A DNA stretch of 63,346 bases, from assembly GCA_947648915.1 (NCBI GenBank), contig CANSPQ010000004.1, forward strand, positions 1-63,346, given 5' to 3'. This stretch comes from an uncultured Bacillales bacterium. Its GTDB lineage: Bacteria; Bacillota_I; Bacilli_A; RF39; UBA660. Of the stretch, positions 36,845 through 45,487 are shown piece by piece. Below the pieces are notes generated by a model. That model was not told where the DNA came from. It did not search any database and saw only the letters and a program-made list of their open reading frames with translations. A program made the translations under genes and the position numbers. Position 1 is the first letter of the stretch, and the number at the start of each line of letters is the position of its first letter.

Positions 36845-36882
36845 ATAGTAAAGGTATAGTGTAATTGTGAAAGGAAGATATT

Positions 36883-37563
36883 ATGGAAATATTAAAAGTA
36901 GAGAATTTATGTAAAACCTATGGAAAAGGGGATACAGAAGTAAAAGCACTAGATCATATCAGTTTTTGTGTTGAAAAAGGAGAATTTGTTGCGATTGTAG
37001 GAGCTAGTGGTTCAGGAAAGAGTACTCTATTACATATCCTAGGAGGAGTTGATAGACCTACATCAGGAAAAGTTTACGTAGGTGGGGAAGATGTGTATCA
37101 GTTAAATGAAACCAATTTAGCGATATTTAGAAGAAGACAAGTAGGCTTAATTTATCAATTTTATAATTTAATTCCAATTTTGAATGTAGCCGAAAATATG
37201 ACATTACCTATTCTGTTAGATACCAAAAAACCAGATGAGAACTATCTAAATGAATTAATCGAAACATTAGGATTACAACATCGAGTTAGCCATTTACCAA
37301 ATGAATTGTCAGGAGGACAACAACAAAGAGTTAGTATTGGTAGAGCTTTAATGAATCATCCTGCCTTATTACTTGCAGATGAACCAACCGGAAATCTGGA
37401 TAGTAAAAGTAGTCAGGAAATTATTGAATTATTGAAACTATCCAATGAAAAATACAAACAAACGATCATCATGATTACCCATGATCATGAACTTGCACTT
37501 AATGCAGGAAGAATTATCACAATTGAAGATGGAAAAATCATAAGCGATGAGTTGGTGAAATAA
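36883..37563 (+). CDS. ABC transporter ATP-binding protein (MacB/FtsE/BceA-like)
   Basis: Walker A GASGSGKST, signature LSGGQQQRVSIGRAL, Walker B LLLADEPTGNLD. Confidence 0.95.
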   Translation: MEILKVENLCKTYGKGDTEVKALDHISFCVEKGEFVAIVGASGSGKSTLLHILGGVDRPTSGKVYVGGEDVYQLNETNLAIFRRRQVGLIYQFYNLIPILNVAENMTLPILLDTKKPDENYLNELIETLGLQHRVSHLPNELSGGQQQRVSIGRALMNHPALLLADEPTGNLDSKSSQEIIELLKLSNEKYKQTIIMITHDHELALNAGRIITIEDGKIISDELVK

Positions 37564-40154
37564 TGAATATATTAAATAGACTAACCATCAAACATATGTT
37601 GATGAATAAAAAAAGAACAATTGTAACTATTATTGGGGTAATTTTATCAACGGCTTTAATGGTGGGAATTGGATTGCTCTTTTCTTCAGTTCGTGATAAC
37701 AGTGTCAAAATGATTATACAAGAAGATGGTCCTCATCATGTTGTGATTCAGAATATGAATTCGGATAAATTATCCATTTTAAATAACAATATTAAGATCA
37801 AACATGTAGATTATGTGAAAGTATTAGGATATTCTAAATTAGAAGAAGAAAGTTATAAACGTTTTATTGAATTAAGTGCAGTCAATCAAGAAATGTTAGG
37901 GACATTTACTTTAAAAGAAGGAAGAATGCCTGAGAATGAAAATGAAATTGTAATCCCAAGTTCCATTCTATATTTAGGAGATACTTATAAAATTGGAAAT
38001 ACAATTTCCTTATCACTTGGAACACTAACAGAAAAAGAAGGTTGGGAAGATTTAGAAGATGACTGGACGATAGATGACCGTTTTCAAATTGATTATCCAG
38101 TATCAAAAAGCTACAAAATTGTTGGTGTTATAGAGAGAAACTATACAACCACAGAAAACGCGGATCGTTCATTCCAATTTTTTACAATTGATAACAATCA
38201 AGATGTGGATGCATTAAGTGCTTATATCACTTATAAGAAACCAAAAGATACTTATCAAAATACAGAGACCATTTTAAAAAATCTAGGGAATGATGATGTA
38301 GAAGTAAAATATAATTCTTCTTTACTTTCTCTTTCAGGGGTCAGTAAATATAACAATATGATTTCCTCTATGATACAGGTAATTATGATTATACTTGCTC
38401 TAGTATCTGTTGGTTGTATCATTGTCATTTATAATTCATTTGCGATTTCTGTAATGGAACGTAAAAAACAATTTGGTTTATTTTCAAGCATTGGTACAAC
38501 GAAAGTACAGCTTAGAAAAACTGTATTCTTTGAGGCTATCTTAGTGGGTATAATTGGAATTCCTTTGGGTATTCTAGGTGCATTTTTAGGAATTGGTATT
38601 GTAATTGCGATTATCAATCATTTATTGCCAGATGCATTCTCCGTTCCACTTGCATTATCTGCTTATCCATTATTTATTGAAATTCCAATTTTATTCATGA
38701 TTGTGGTTATCTTAGTATCTGCATATTTACCAGCACGAAGAGCAAGCAAAATCACACCAATTGAAGCCATTCGCCAAAATGATGATATTAAAATTAAAAG
38801 CAAAAAGATTAAAACACGCAAATGGGTGCGTCGATTATTTGGGATAGAAGGAGAACTTGCATTAAAAAATATCAAACGAAATAAACGAAAATATCGTATT
38901 ACAATTGTTTCCTTATTTATTAGTATTGTTCTATTTATTTCATTTAGTGGAATCATGTATTATGGAATTTCCACTTCTATTGATTATACAGGTCTTCCAA
39001 ATTATGATATTGTTGCAACATTCAGTGATAATGAGGATTATGAAAAGGTGCTTTCTCAAATTCAAAATCATGATCAAGTAGACGAAATGTTAGCGACAGA
39101 AGTATCGGATTATGTTACACATGGAATTCGTAATGAAAATTATGAAGAAAAGTTCTTAGAAAAAGCAGGCTTAGAGATTACAGAAGAAGATCCAATTGCA
39201 GTATCAATTATTGGATTAGATCAGAAGACTTACGACAAGTTCCGTAATGAAATTGGATTAAAAGAAGAAAGACCAATTGTAATCAACTATAGCAAAGGCA
39301 CCTATTATACAAAAAATTCAAGAAAAGCAGTTCGTATGAAAAAATATAAACAGTTACCAGATCGTTTACCACTTTGTTTATATCAAACGAAAGTAAATGA
39401 TGAAGAAATGACAGAAAGTGGACTGGTATGTCCAAAAGAAATTGGTAATTTCTATTATACAGAAAATTATCCAATGGGATTTGATTTATATATTACAACT
39501 TCATATGGTGTTTATGATGATTCCCTTGTGATTATCGTATCTGAAAATATGTATAAAGACTACAATGATATCTTTGTTCGAAATGAGTTAGGAATTGGTA
39601 GTTCTATTACAAGAAATGTACTGATCAAAGCTTCCAAATACGATAGATTAGATAAAATGTTATCTAAGTTAGAGGAAACAGAAGAGGGCGGACTATATAA
39701 CTATGTTAATGTAAAAGAAGAAATGAAAACAATGAATAATATTGTCTTTGTCATTAAAATGTTACTATATGGATTTATTGCACTCGTTACTTTAATTGGT
39801 GTTACAAGTGTATTTAATACAATTAACACAAGCATCAATTTAAGAAGAAAAGAATTTGCGATGCTCCGTAGTATGGGATTAACACCAAAAGGATTTAATA
39901 AGATATTATATTTTGAAAGTATTTTCTTTGGTATCAAATCTTTGCTCTATGGAATACCAGTATCATTAGGGGTTGTATATTTACTTTATATAGCATTCAC
40001 TGGTATGGCAGACCAAAATTTTGTAATTCCATGGAGTAGTATTGGAGTTGCCGTTCTTGGGGTATTCTTAATTGTATTTATTACAATGTGGTATGCTAGT
40101 AGTAAAATTAAGAAAGAAAATATTCTAGATGCAATTCGTGAGGAAAACATTTAA
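37563..40154 (+). CDS. FtsX-family ABC permease with two FtsX modules and large extracytoplasmic domains
   Basis: 863 aa. The TM1-large loop-3TM pattern occurs twice. Start overlaps the ATPase stop (ATGA). Confidence 0.85.
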   Translation: MNILNRLTIKHMLMNKKRTIVTIIGVILSTALMVGIGLLFSSVRDNSVKMIIQEDGPHHVVIQNMNSDKLSILNNNIKIKHVDYVKVLGYSKLEEESYKRFIELSAVNQEMLGTFTLKEGRMPENENEIVIPSSILYLGDTYKIGNTISLSLGTLTEKEGWEDLEDDWTIDDRFQIDYPVSKSYKIVGVIERNYTTTENADRSFQFFTIDNNQDVDALSAYITYKKPKDTYQNTETILKNLGNDDVEVKYNSSLLSLSGVSKYNNMISSMIQVIMIILALVSVGCIIVIYNSFAISVMERKKQFGLFSSIGTTKVQLRKTVFFEAILVGIIGIPLGILGAFLGIGIVIAIINHLLPDAFSVPLALSAYPLFIEIPILFMIVVILVSAYLPARRASKITPIEAIRQNDDIKIKSKKIKTRKWVRRLFGIEGELALKNIKRNKRKYRITIVSLFISIVLFISFSGIMYYGISTSIDYTGLPNYDIVATFSDNEDYEKVLSQIQNHDQVDEMLATEVSDYVTHGIRNENYEEKFLEKAGLEITEEDPIAVSIIGLDQKTYDKFRNEIGLKEERPIVINYSKGTYYTKNSRKAVRMKKYKQLPDRLPLCLYQTKVNDEEMTESGLVCPKEIGNFYYTENYPMGFDLYITTSYGVYDDSLVIIVSENMYKDYNDIFVRNELGIGSSITRNVLIKASKYDRLDKMLSKLEETEEGGLYNYVNVKEEMKTMNNIVFVIKMLLYGFIALVTLIGVTSVFNTINTSINLRRKEFAMLRSMGLTPKGFNKILYFESIFFGIKSLLYGIPVSLGVVYLLYIAFTGMADQNFVIPWSSIGVAVLGVFLIVFITMWYASSKIKKENILDAIREENI

Positions 40155-40172
40155 ATTATGATATCAAAAGAT

Positions 40173-40197
40173 GAAGCAGTGATTATGCTTCTTTTTG
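40173..40197 (+). terminator. Rho-independent terminator after the ABC operon
   Basis: GAAGCA (40173-40178) pairs with TGCTTC (40186-40191), then TTTTTG. Confidence 0.7.
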
Positions 40198-40201
40198 TAT
40201 A

Positions 40202-40325
40202 GAATTTGAAAAAGGTATAGAACATGGTATGGAACAAGAAAAAACTAGAGATTGCTAAGAATGTTAAAGAAAGATTACCAATTGAAATCATTGTCGAAAT
40301 TACAAACTTGATGGCAGATTTATAA
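40202..40325 (+). pseudogene. Frameshifted remnant of the C-terminal tail of an Rpn-family nuclease/transposase gene
   Basis: One frame reads EFEKGIEHGMEQEKT and another reads IAKNVKERLPIEIIVEITNLMADL*. Together they parallel EEGIQQGIQQGVEQEKETIAKNLLKENVDIEIIMKVTGL at the end of 20757-21644. Confidence 0.55.
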
Positions 40326-40412
40326 TTTAAGATAATACGCTTTTTTGACAAACATATTGCATATTCTTTATAAAAATATTATAATAATCAATATATTTTA
40401 GGGGGGAAGGGT

Positions 40413-41816
40413 ATGTTAACACAAGAACTAAACGGTATCATAATTGAAACACAAAAGATTGTAGAGGAGGCTTTTGAGTTTTTGCATGGCAAACCAGATT
40501 TAATTGATAGAATTCCTAGTGTAATGGAAACACCTAGATTATATGAAAATTTTAAACAGGCAATGCAAATAGAAAAAGAAAAGAAAATATGTATTGAAAA
40601 ATTGAAATATATTATAAAATCTATAAGCGATATTATGCCTAAATATTGTCTTGAAGAGTATGGATATGACTTTAAAAGTTATAATGATGCAATGTTTTTT
40701 CTCAAACGTAAACCATTTTATGATAGAGAGGAACAACAAAAAGCTTTTCAGTCACAATTTATGGAAGCTTGTACGGAAGAATTTCCTCAACTTTGTTTGA
40801 GAAATGGTCAAACTTTAAAATTTTTTAATGGAAGTGAGAAAGTATTTCAAATAGAGGATGATTTAGAAGATTTTTTAGATCAAAGTATGGGTATTTACTG
40901 TATAACAGTAAATTCTACAAATTTTGAAGAAGAATATCAAAAATATCGGTATCATTTATTACAACATGGGCACGAATATACAGGAGAAAATGAATTATAT
41001 CCATGGAATTGTATTGCTGAAACGTTAGCGCATCTTTTCGGTGGACAAGTAGAGTTTTGGGGATTTCCTTTTTCTTCATTTAATTTTCATTATCCTTATG
41101 ATTTTGACAATAAAAAATATATTGAATATATAAAAAAAATAGTAGAAATGAGAAAAAATAAGGATTTTATGAGAGCATATAAAATATATTGTTGTGTAAA
41201 AAATATGAATGACAAATTAGGCGATTTGGTATCTCATTATGAAAAGCTTTGTAATGAATGTTTTAACAGTATAAATATGGTATGCCCACAGAATATTGTA
41301 TTTTTGCAAAGATTATATAATTATATAGAATCTTGTAACGGGTATGAAGAGATAGATTATTATAAGGTATTGGATATAGATGCATATAGAGATATATGTG
41401 ATGATAATCACATTGGAGCATGGAAGTATGTGAAGGTAAAGTATCTTTCTATAGTTTCAAAATATTATTCAAATCCAAGGAGAAATCTTGTAAGGGCATG
41501 CTTTGAAGATGGCAGTATGCTTGGTTGTGATTATAGATTCAAAGACAAATCCAGTGAATTGTTATATAATGAAATGAAATTAGTAAAAGTCTGTGATACA
41601 GAAAAAGAAATCAATAATTGTATAAAAAATAAGATTATAATTGTTTCTAATGAAAATTTGAATTATACTGCATTATTAGAGGAGTATTATGCTCATATAG
41701 GAATGAATGCATTGGAATTTAGTCAAATGATTCGTGAAAAATATAATTGCGAAGTGATAACGCCAGAAATGAATCCAGAAAGAACAAAGTTGATGGTATA
41801 TTCAAATCACAAGTAA
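40413..41816 (+). CDS. Hypothetical soluble Cys/aromatic-rich protein, no recognised domain
   Basis: 467-aa ORF with RBS GGGGGGAAGGG. No TM and no motif I can name. Confidence 0.7.
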   Translation: MLTQELNGIIIETQKIVEEAFEFLHGKPDLIDRIPSVMETPRLYENFKQAMQIEKEKKICIEKLKYIIKSISDIMPKYCLEEYGYDFKSYNDAMFFLKRKPFYDREEQQKAFQSQFMEACTEEFPQLCLRNGQTLKFFNGSEKVFQIEDDLEDFLDQSMGIYCITVNSTNFEEEYQKYRYHLLQHGHEYTGENELYPWNCIAETLAHLFGGQVEFWGFPFSSFNFHYPYDFDNKKYIEYIKKIVEMRKNKDFMRAYKIYCCVKNMNDKLGDLVSHYEKLCNECFNSINMVCPQNIVFLQRLYNYIESCNGYEEIDYYKVLDIDAYRDICDDNHIGAWKYVKVKYLSIVSKYYSNPRRNLVRACFEDGSMLGCDYRFKDKSSELLYNEMKLVKVCDTEKEINNCIKNKIIIVSNENLNYTALLEEYYAHIGMNALEFSQMIREKYNCEVITPEMNPERTKLMVYSNHK

Positions 41817-41938
41817 AATATCTTTTCCAAGCATCGCAATTGTATTATTTAAAGGTATTTTTAAATAGTATATAGGGAAAGTTAATTATAAGCACTCATT
41901 TTCATCTTAAAATTGCATATATTAAAGTAGTCGTAAAT

Positions 41939-41966
41939 TTGACAAAATTGATATTTTTGATATAAT
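41939..41966 (+). promoter_or_regulatory. Near-consensus sigma-A promoter of the large ncRNA
   Basis: TTGACA (41939-41944), 16-nt spacer ending in TGA, TATAAT (41961-41966). Confidence 0.65.
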
Positions 41967-41972
41967 GATACT

Positions 41973-42580
41973 TGTAAATTGATGGCACATTATTCTAGTC
42001 AATTACATTTTTGATGAAGGTGGGGCTAAAAATCCACTAAAGAGCATACCTGTGAAGCTTCTGGTGCCTGCTGCTTACGCCCAGTTTGGGGTGGGTGCTG
42101 GAAGATAGAATATTGGGCGATTCATAATGGCATATGAAACCCGACCCAGTATTCGCGGAGACCTAGACTTGTTATTAGCCTATACATGGTAACCATTGAC
42201 GGACTGATGACGACCTAGGATTGAACCTACTATGTGGGGAAACTTACGAGTAGTGTAGCTTGTCTTGCGTGAACAATTTGGGATAGTTGAGCAAATAGTA
42301 CTAATTTGGCCAAATTGATACTGTTATCGCAACTTGAAATATTGTTTGCAAAAAAGAACTAATCAAAGATAGTGTTGGTGAGGAAATCTCCTAGAGTGTC
42401 CATTGGTATGGGATTGCAGTGCGTACTCAGTGGCAATCAAGCCATATATTCGGTGACGATATATCCATTTCTTTAAAGGGGAACCGCTACTCTGGTAACG
42501 GAAAGTAGAAATGGGGGAAATCCTGCTTGACCTTAAGACGTAAAGTTTACCATACCGATTGCCATTACTTTATTTTTTTT
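41973..42580 (+). ncRNA. ole: Large (about 610 nt) structured noncoding RNA, best interpreted as OLE (ornate, large, extremophilic) RNA
   Basis: No ORF of 60 aa or more in any frame. G+C rises sharply (42061-42120 is 34/60 by my count). GNRA-capped hairpins at 42227-42253 and 42487-42508. Long-range pairing of 42550-42563 with 42405-42411 and 42432-42438. The T-run at 42573-42580 is followed at once by a 4-TM protein gene. Identity with the OLE family is not verified by a covariance model. Confidence 0.6.
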
Positions 42581-42599
42581 ATGTTAAAGGTGAATTTAT

Positions 42600-43187
42600 A
42601 TGGACGAAGAAGTCAAAAATTTAAAAGTACAAACAAGAAGAAAAGAAAAAATAAACAAAAATAAAACAGAGTGGAAATGGATTATACAGATTACCTCAAT
42701 TGCATTTATGATATCCTTTCTATTTTCTTTTACATCAGAAATGGTTATACCAAATGTAAATATTGTCATAGGAATACTATTGTTAATTATTTTTATTTTA
42801 CTAGGTGTTCTATTTGATATGATTGGCGTTGCTGTTACAGCAGCCGATGAAAAGCCATTTCATTCGATGAATTCGAGAAAAGTAAAAGGAGCCGATATTG
42901 CGGTTAAATTTAAGAAAAATGCAGACAAAGTCGCATCATTCTGTAATGATGTAGTAGGAGATATTTGTGGGGTTGTTTCCGGATCAGCTGGGGCAATTAT
43001 TGCCTTATCTTTATCTAATATTCTTCATATGGATAAATTTATGATTACATTACTGGTAACTTCTTTGATAGCAGCTCTTACAATTGGTGGAAAAGCAATT
43101 GGTAAAAGTTATGCGATGAATAAAAGTAACATTATTTTATATCAATTTGCAAAAGCTATTTCCTATTTTTATAAACCAAAAAAGTAG
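42600..43187 (+). CDS. oapA: Four-TM membrane protein, candidate OLE-associated protein A
   Basis: 195 aa (about 21 kDa). Four hydrophobic segments at about residues 26-50, 53-82, 118-142 and 147-168. A basic loop HSMNSRKVKGADIAVKFKKNADK separates TM2 and TM3. An NDVVGD (D-x3-D) motif sits at TM3. RBS AAAGGTGA. Confidence 0.55.
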   Translation: MDEEVKNLKVQTRRKEKINKNKTEWKWIIQITSIAFMISFLFSFTSEMVIPNVNIVIGILLLIIFILLGVLFDMIGVAVTAADEKPFHSMNSRKVKGADIAVKFKKNADKVASFCNDVVGDICGVVSGSAGAIIALSLSNILHMDKFMITLLVTSLIAALTIGGKAIGKSYAMNKSNIILYQFAKAISYFYKPKK

Positions 43188-43280
43188 ACAAAATTCTACT
43201 TTTTTTGTAAAATTTGATATTTTTGTTGCTAAAGAGAGAACAAATACTGTATACTAATAATAGAAAAGGAGAATGGATTT

Positions 43281-44108
43281 ATGAAAAAATCAAAATGGTT
43301 AGCAGCTTTACTCGTATCAGTATTTGCGCTAACAGGTTGCGGTAGCAAGAATGATAGTAATGCGAGTGAAGTACTAGACAAAGCAAGAAAGCAAATGAAT
43401 GAACTATCTAACTATTCTATGAAAATGGAAATGAAGATGGGGATTAAGGCAGAAGGAATGACAATGGAAATTCCTGTTGTAGTAGATGCAAAAATTGATG
43501 CAAAATCAAAAACAGGAAAAATGACTACAACTGCAAGTATGTTTGGAATGGAATCTACTACAGAAGGATATACACAAGTAGTAGATGGAAAAACTATTAC
43601 CTATTCAAAAGGAAATTATGAATTTGATGGGGAACAAGTTTGGGTAAAAGAAACATCAGAAGATGAAACAAATTACAATGAGTTCGTTGCAATTACAGAA
43701 TTTGGAACAAAAGTAGAAAAGAAAAAATCAGATGACAAAAACGCAGATTACTATCAACTAACAATTTCTAAAGAAAAAATGAAAGAACTAATGAGTGAAT
43801 CTTCTAGTTTAATGGGAGATATGGATTTTGAATCAGCTGATATTAAAAATGATGTAGTATTAGATATTTATGTAGATAAAAAATCTAACTATATCACAAA
43901 ATTATCAATGGATTTAAAAGATGTGATTTCTATGGAGGATATGGAAGTTGCAATGGAAATCAGTGAATGTAGTCTTACTTTTACATTTGGTGATTTTGAT
44001 AAAGTAGGAACAATTACAATTCCAGAAGATGTGATTACAAATGCAATAGACCAATCTGATGATGATTGGAACTACGATGATCCTGAAATTACAAATCCAG
44101 AAATGTAA
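43281..44108 (+). CDS. Lipoprotein of unknown function
   Basis: Signal peptide with lipobox LTGC (MKKSKWLAALLVSVFALTGCGS). The mature part is beta-rich with an acidic C-terminus. Confidence 0.75.
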   Translation: MKKSKWLAALLVSVFALTGCGSKNDSNASEVLDKARKQMNELSNYSMKMEMKMGIKAEGMTMEIPVVVDAKIDAKSKTGKMTTTASMFGMESTTEGYTQVVDGKTITYSKGNYEFDGEQVWVKETSEDETNYNEFVAITEFGTKVEKKKSDDKNADYYQLTISKEKMKELMSESSSLMGDMDFESADIKNDVVLDIYVDKKSNYITKLSMDLKDVISMEDMEVAMEISECSLTFTFGDFDKVGTITIPEDVITNAIDQSDDDWNYDDPEITNPEM

Positions 44109-44113
44109 AATAG

Positions 44114-44137
44114 GGTAGTTGCAAAACTACCTTTTTC
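44114..44137 (+). terminator. Terminator of the lipoprotein gene
   Basis: GGTAGTT (44114-44120), loop GCAA, AACTACC (44125-44131), then TTTTT. Confidence 0.7.
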
Positions 44138-44142
44138 TATGC

Positions 44143-44168
44143 AAAAAAAATCATCCATTTGGATGATT
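44143..44168 (-). terminator. Terminator of cotE (minus strand)
   Basis: AATCATCC pairs with GGATGATT (44149-44168), with an A-run on the + strand that reads as a T-run on the minus strand. Confidence 0.65.
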
Positions 44169-44178
44169 CAAAAGCATT

Positions 44179-44739
44179 TTAATTTTCTTCACTTGATTCC
44201 GTATTGTTACTCATATATTCCGGATTAACAGATTCATCAATTTCATTTAGAACTGTTTCATCAACATCGTCCTCTATTTCATCCCATGGTTCTTCATCTT
44301 CTTCAATCGCAATTTTCATTTTTGTTTCTCCTACAATTTCAACCCCTAATTCTTTTTCAATATCAAAATTAATGTTTCCATTTTCATCAATATTTACTTT
44401 AATACAATTGGGTTGTTTTAACGTACGAACAATAATATCCGTATCACCCGTTAAATCCGCATTTTCTTTCACTTTCACATTGAATAAATCATTGTAATCT
44501 ACTTTTTTACTTACAACAGTTGTTTTACTATCACCATCATAAGAATACCAAATATTGACATCATATGAGCCATCGACACCGATCTTATCTCCTGATTTAT
44601 ACCCTTTAAATTTGTGATTAATTACCCAACATCCTAACACAGTTGTTGGTTCATTTTCTGTTGTAATTGTATAGTTGTTTTTAAAATATTTTTTTCCTTT
44701 ACCAATCACTGCTTTTGTAACAATTTCTTTGTAAGCCAC
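44179..44739 (-). CDS. cotE: Spore coat morphogenetic protein CotE
   Basis: GAGGGGTG RBS then GTG at 44739. YKEIVTKAVIGKGKK..., VLGCWVINHKF, DVNIWYSYDGDSKTTVV, LKQPNCIKVNI, EIVGETK and the acidic tail are colinear with B. subtilis CotE (YREIITKAVVAKGRK...WIINHKY...INVWYSY...LQQPNCLEVTI...EVVGETK) as I recall it. Confidence 0.85.
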   Translation of the reverse strand: MAYKEIVTKAVIGKGKKYFKNNYTITTENEPTTVLGCWVINHKFKGYKSGDKIGVDGSYDVNIWYSYDGDSKTTVVSKKVDYNDLFNVKVKENADLTGDTDIIVRTLKQPNCIKVNIDENGNINFDIEKELGVEIVGETKMKIAIEEDEEPWDEIEDDVDETVLNEIDESVNPEYMSNNTESSEEN

Positions 44740-44844
44740 GATATCACCCCTCACTTTAATGTATGCGAGTATCCATGAAAAGTGTACCATAAACCTGCAT
44801 AAAATAAGAAATTTAGAATATAGTACAGTGTGAACAAAAAAAGG

Positions 44845-44873
44845 TTGACATATGTTTTTGACTATAGTATAAT
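44845..44873 (+). promoter_or_regulatory. Consensus promoter of rpsP
   Basis: TTGACA (44845-44850), 17-nt spacer, TATAAT (44868-44873). Confidence 0.65.
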
Positions 44874-44899
44874 TTCTACTAGAAACAAGGAGGTGCTTT

Positions 44900-45181
44900 A
44901 TGGCAGTTAAATTAAGATTAAAAAGAATGGGTGCGAAAAAAAGACCATTCTATCGTATTGTAGCGGCGGATTCAAGAAGCCCAAGAGATGGTAGATTTAT
45001 TGAAGTTGTAGGAACTTATAATCCAATTATGGAACCAGCAGAAATTAAAGTAGATGAAGAAATCGCATTAAAATGGTTAAAAAGTGGTGCAATTCCAACG
45101 GATACAGTAAGAGACTTATTTAGAAAACAAGGAATTATGGAAAAATTTCATCAATCAAAAATGAATAAAGAGGGTAAATAA
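44900..45181 (+). CDS. rpsP: 30S ribosomal protein S16
   Basis: [35 protein letters not shown]. Confidence 0.95.
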   Translation: MAVKLRLKRMGAKKRPFYRIVAADSRSPRDGRFIEVVGTYNPIMEPAEIKVDEEIALKWLKSGAIPTDTVRDLFRKQGIMEKFHQSKMNKEGK

Positions 45182-45183
45182 TT

Positions 45184-45429
45184 ATGGATTTGGTTGCTTT
45201 AACAGAATTTTTAGTGAAAAGCATTGCATCCGTTCCCGATATGGTATCTGTCAAACAATTTGATGGAGAAGAAGATATGATTACCATTCAAGTATTGGTA
45301 GATGAAAAAGACATGGGTGTTGTTATTGGCAAAGCAGGTGCGACTGCGAATGCAATTCGTACACTGGTACAAGCATCTGCTTATGTCAATCAATTGGGGC
45401 GTGTGCGTATTAACATTGATTCATTTTAG
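45184..45429 (+). CDS. KH-domain RNA-binding protein (YlqC family)
   Basis: 81 aa directly after rpsP. VIGKAGATANAIRTLV contains the GxxG KH motif. Confidence 0.85.
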   Translation: MDLVALTEFLVKSIASVPDMVSVKQFDGEEDMITIQVLVDEKDMGVVIGKAGATANAIRTLVQASAYVNQLGRVRINIDSF

Positions 45430-45453
45430 GAAGTATTTTGTACTTCTTTTTTT
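45430..45453 (+). terminator. Rho-independent terminator after the KH gene
   Basis: GAAGTA (45430-45435) pairs with TACTTC (45441-45446), then a T-run. Confidence 0.7.
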
Positions 45454-45487
45454 ATTAATATCGAATAGATTGAAACAGGAGGAATTT

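Noticed and set aside
40151-40351. 66-aa minus-strand ORF after the ABC permease.
   Set aside because: The region is better explained by the + strand terminator (40173-40197) and the frameshifted Rpn-tail remnant. The minus ORF has no RBS.
41973-42580. Alternative identities for the large ncRNA: RNase P RNA, tmRNA, SRP RNA, 6S RNA, rRNA fragment, or group I/II intron.
   Set aside because: No GAGGAAAGUCC-type RNase P core. No tRNA-like GGGG...CCA ends or tag ORF for tmRNA. It is far too long for SRP or 6S RNA. There is no intron-encoded protein and no split host gene. ROOL and GOLLD cannot be excluded by eye, but they are not typically coupled to a downstream 4-TM gene.
45302-45487. The 5' extension of the track ORF 45302-45805.
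   Set aside because: It overlaps the KH-protein gene in another frame and runs through a terminator. ATG 45488 has a strong RBS.
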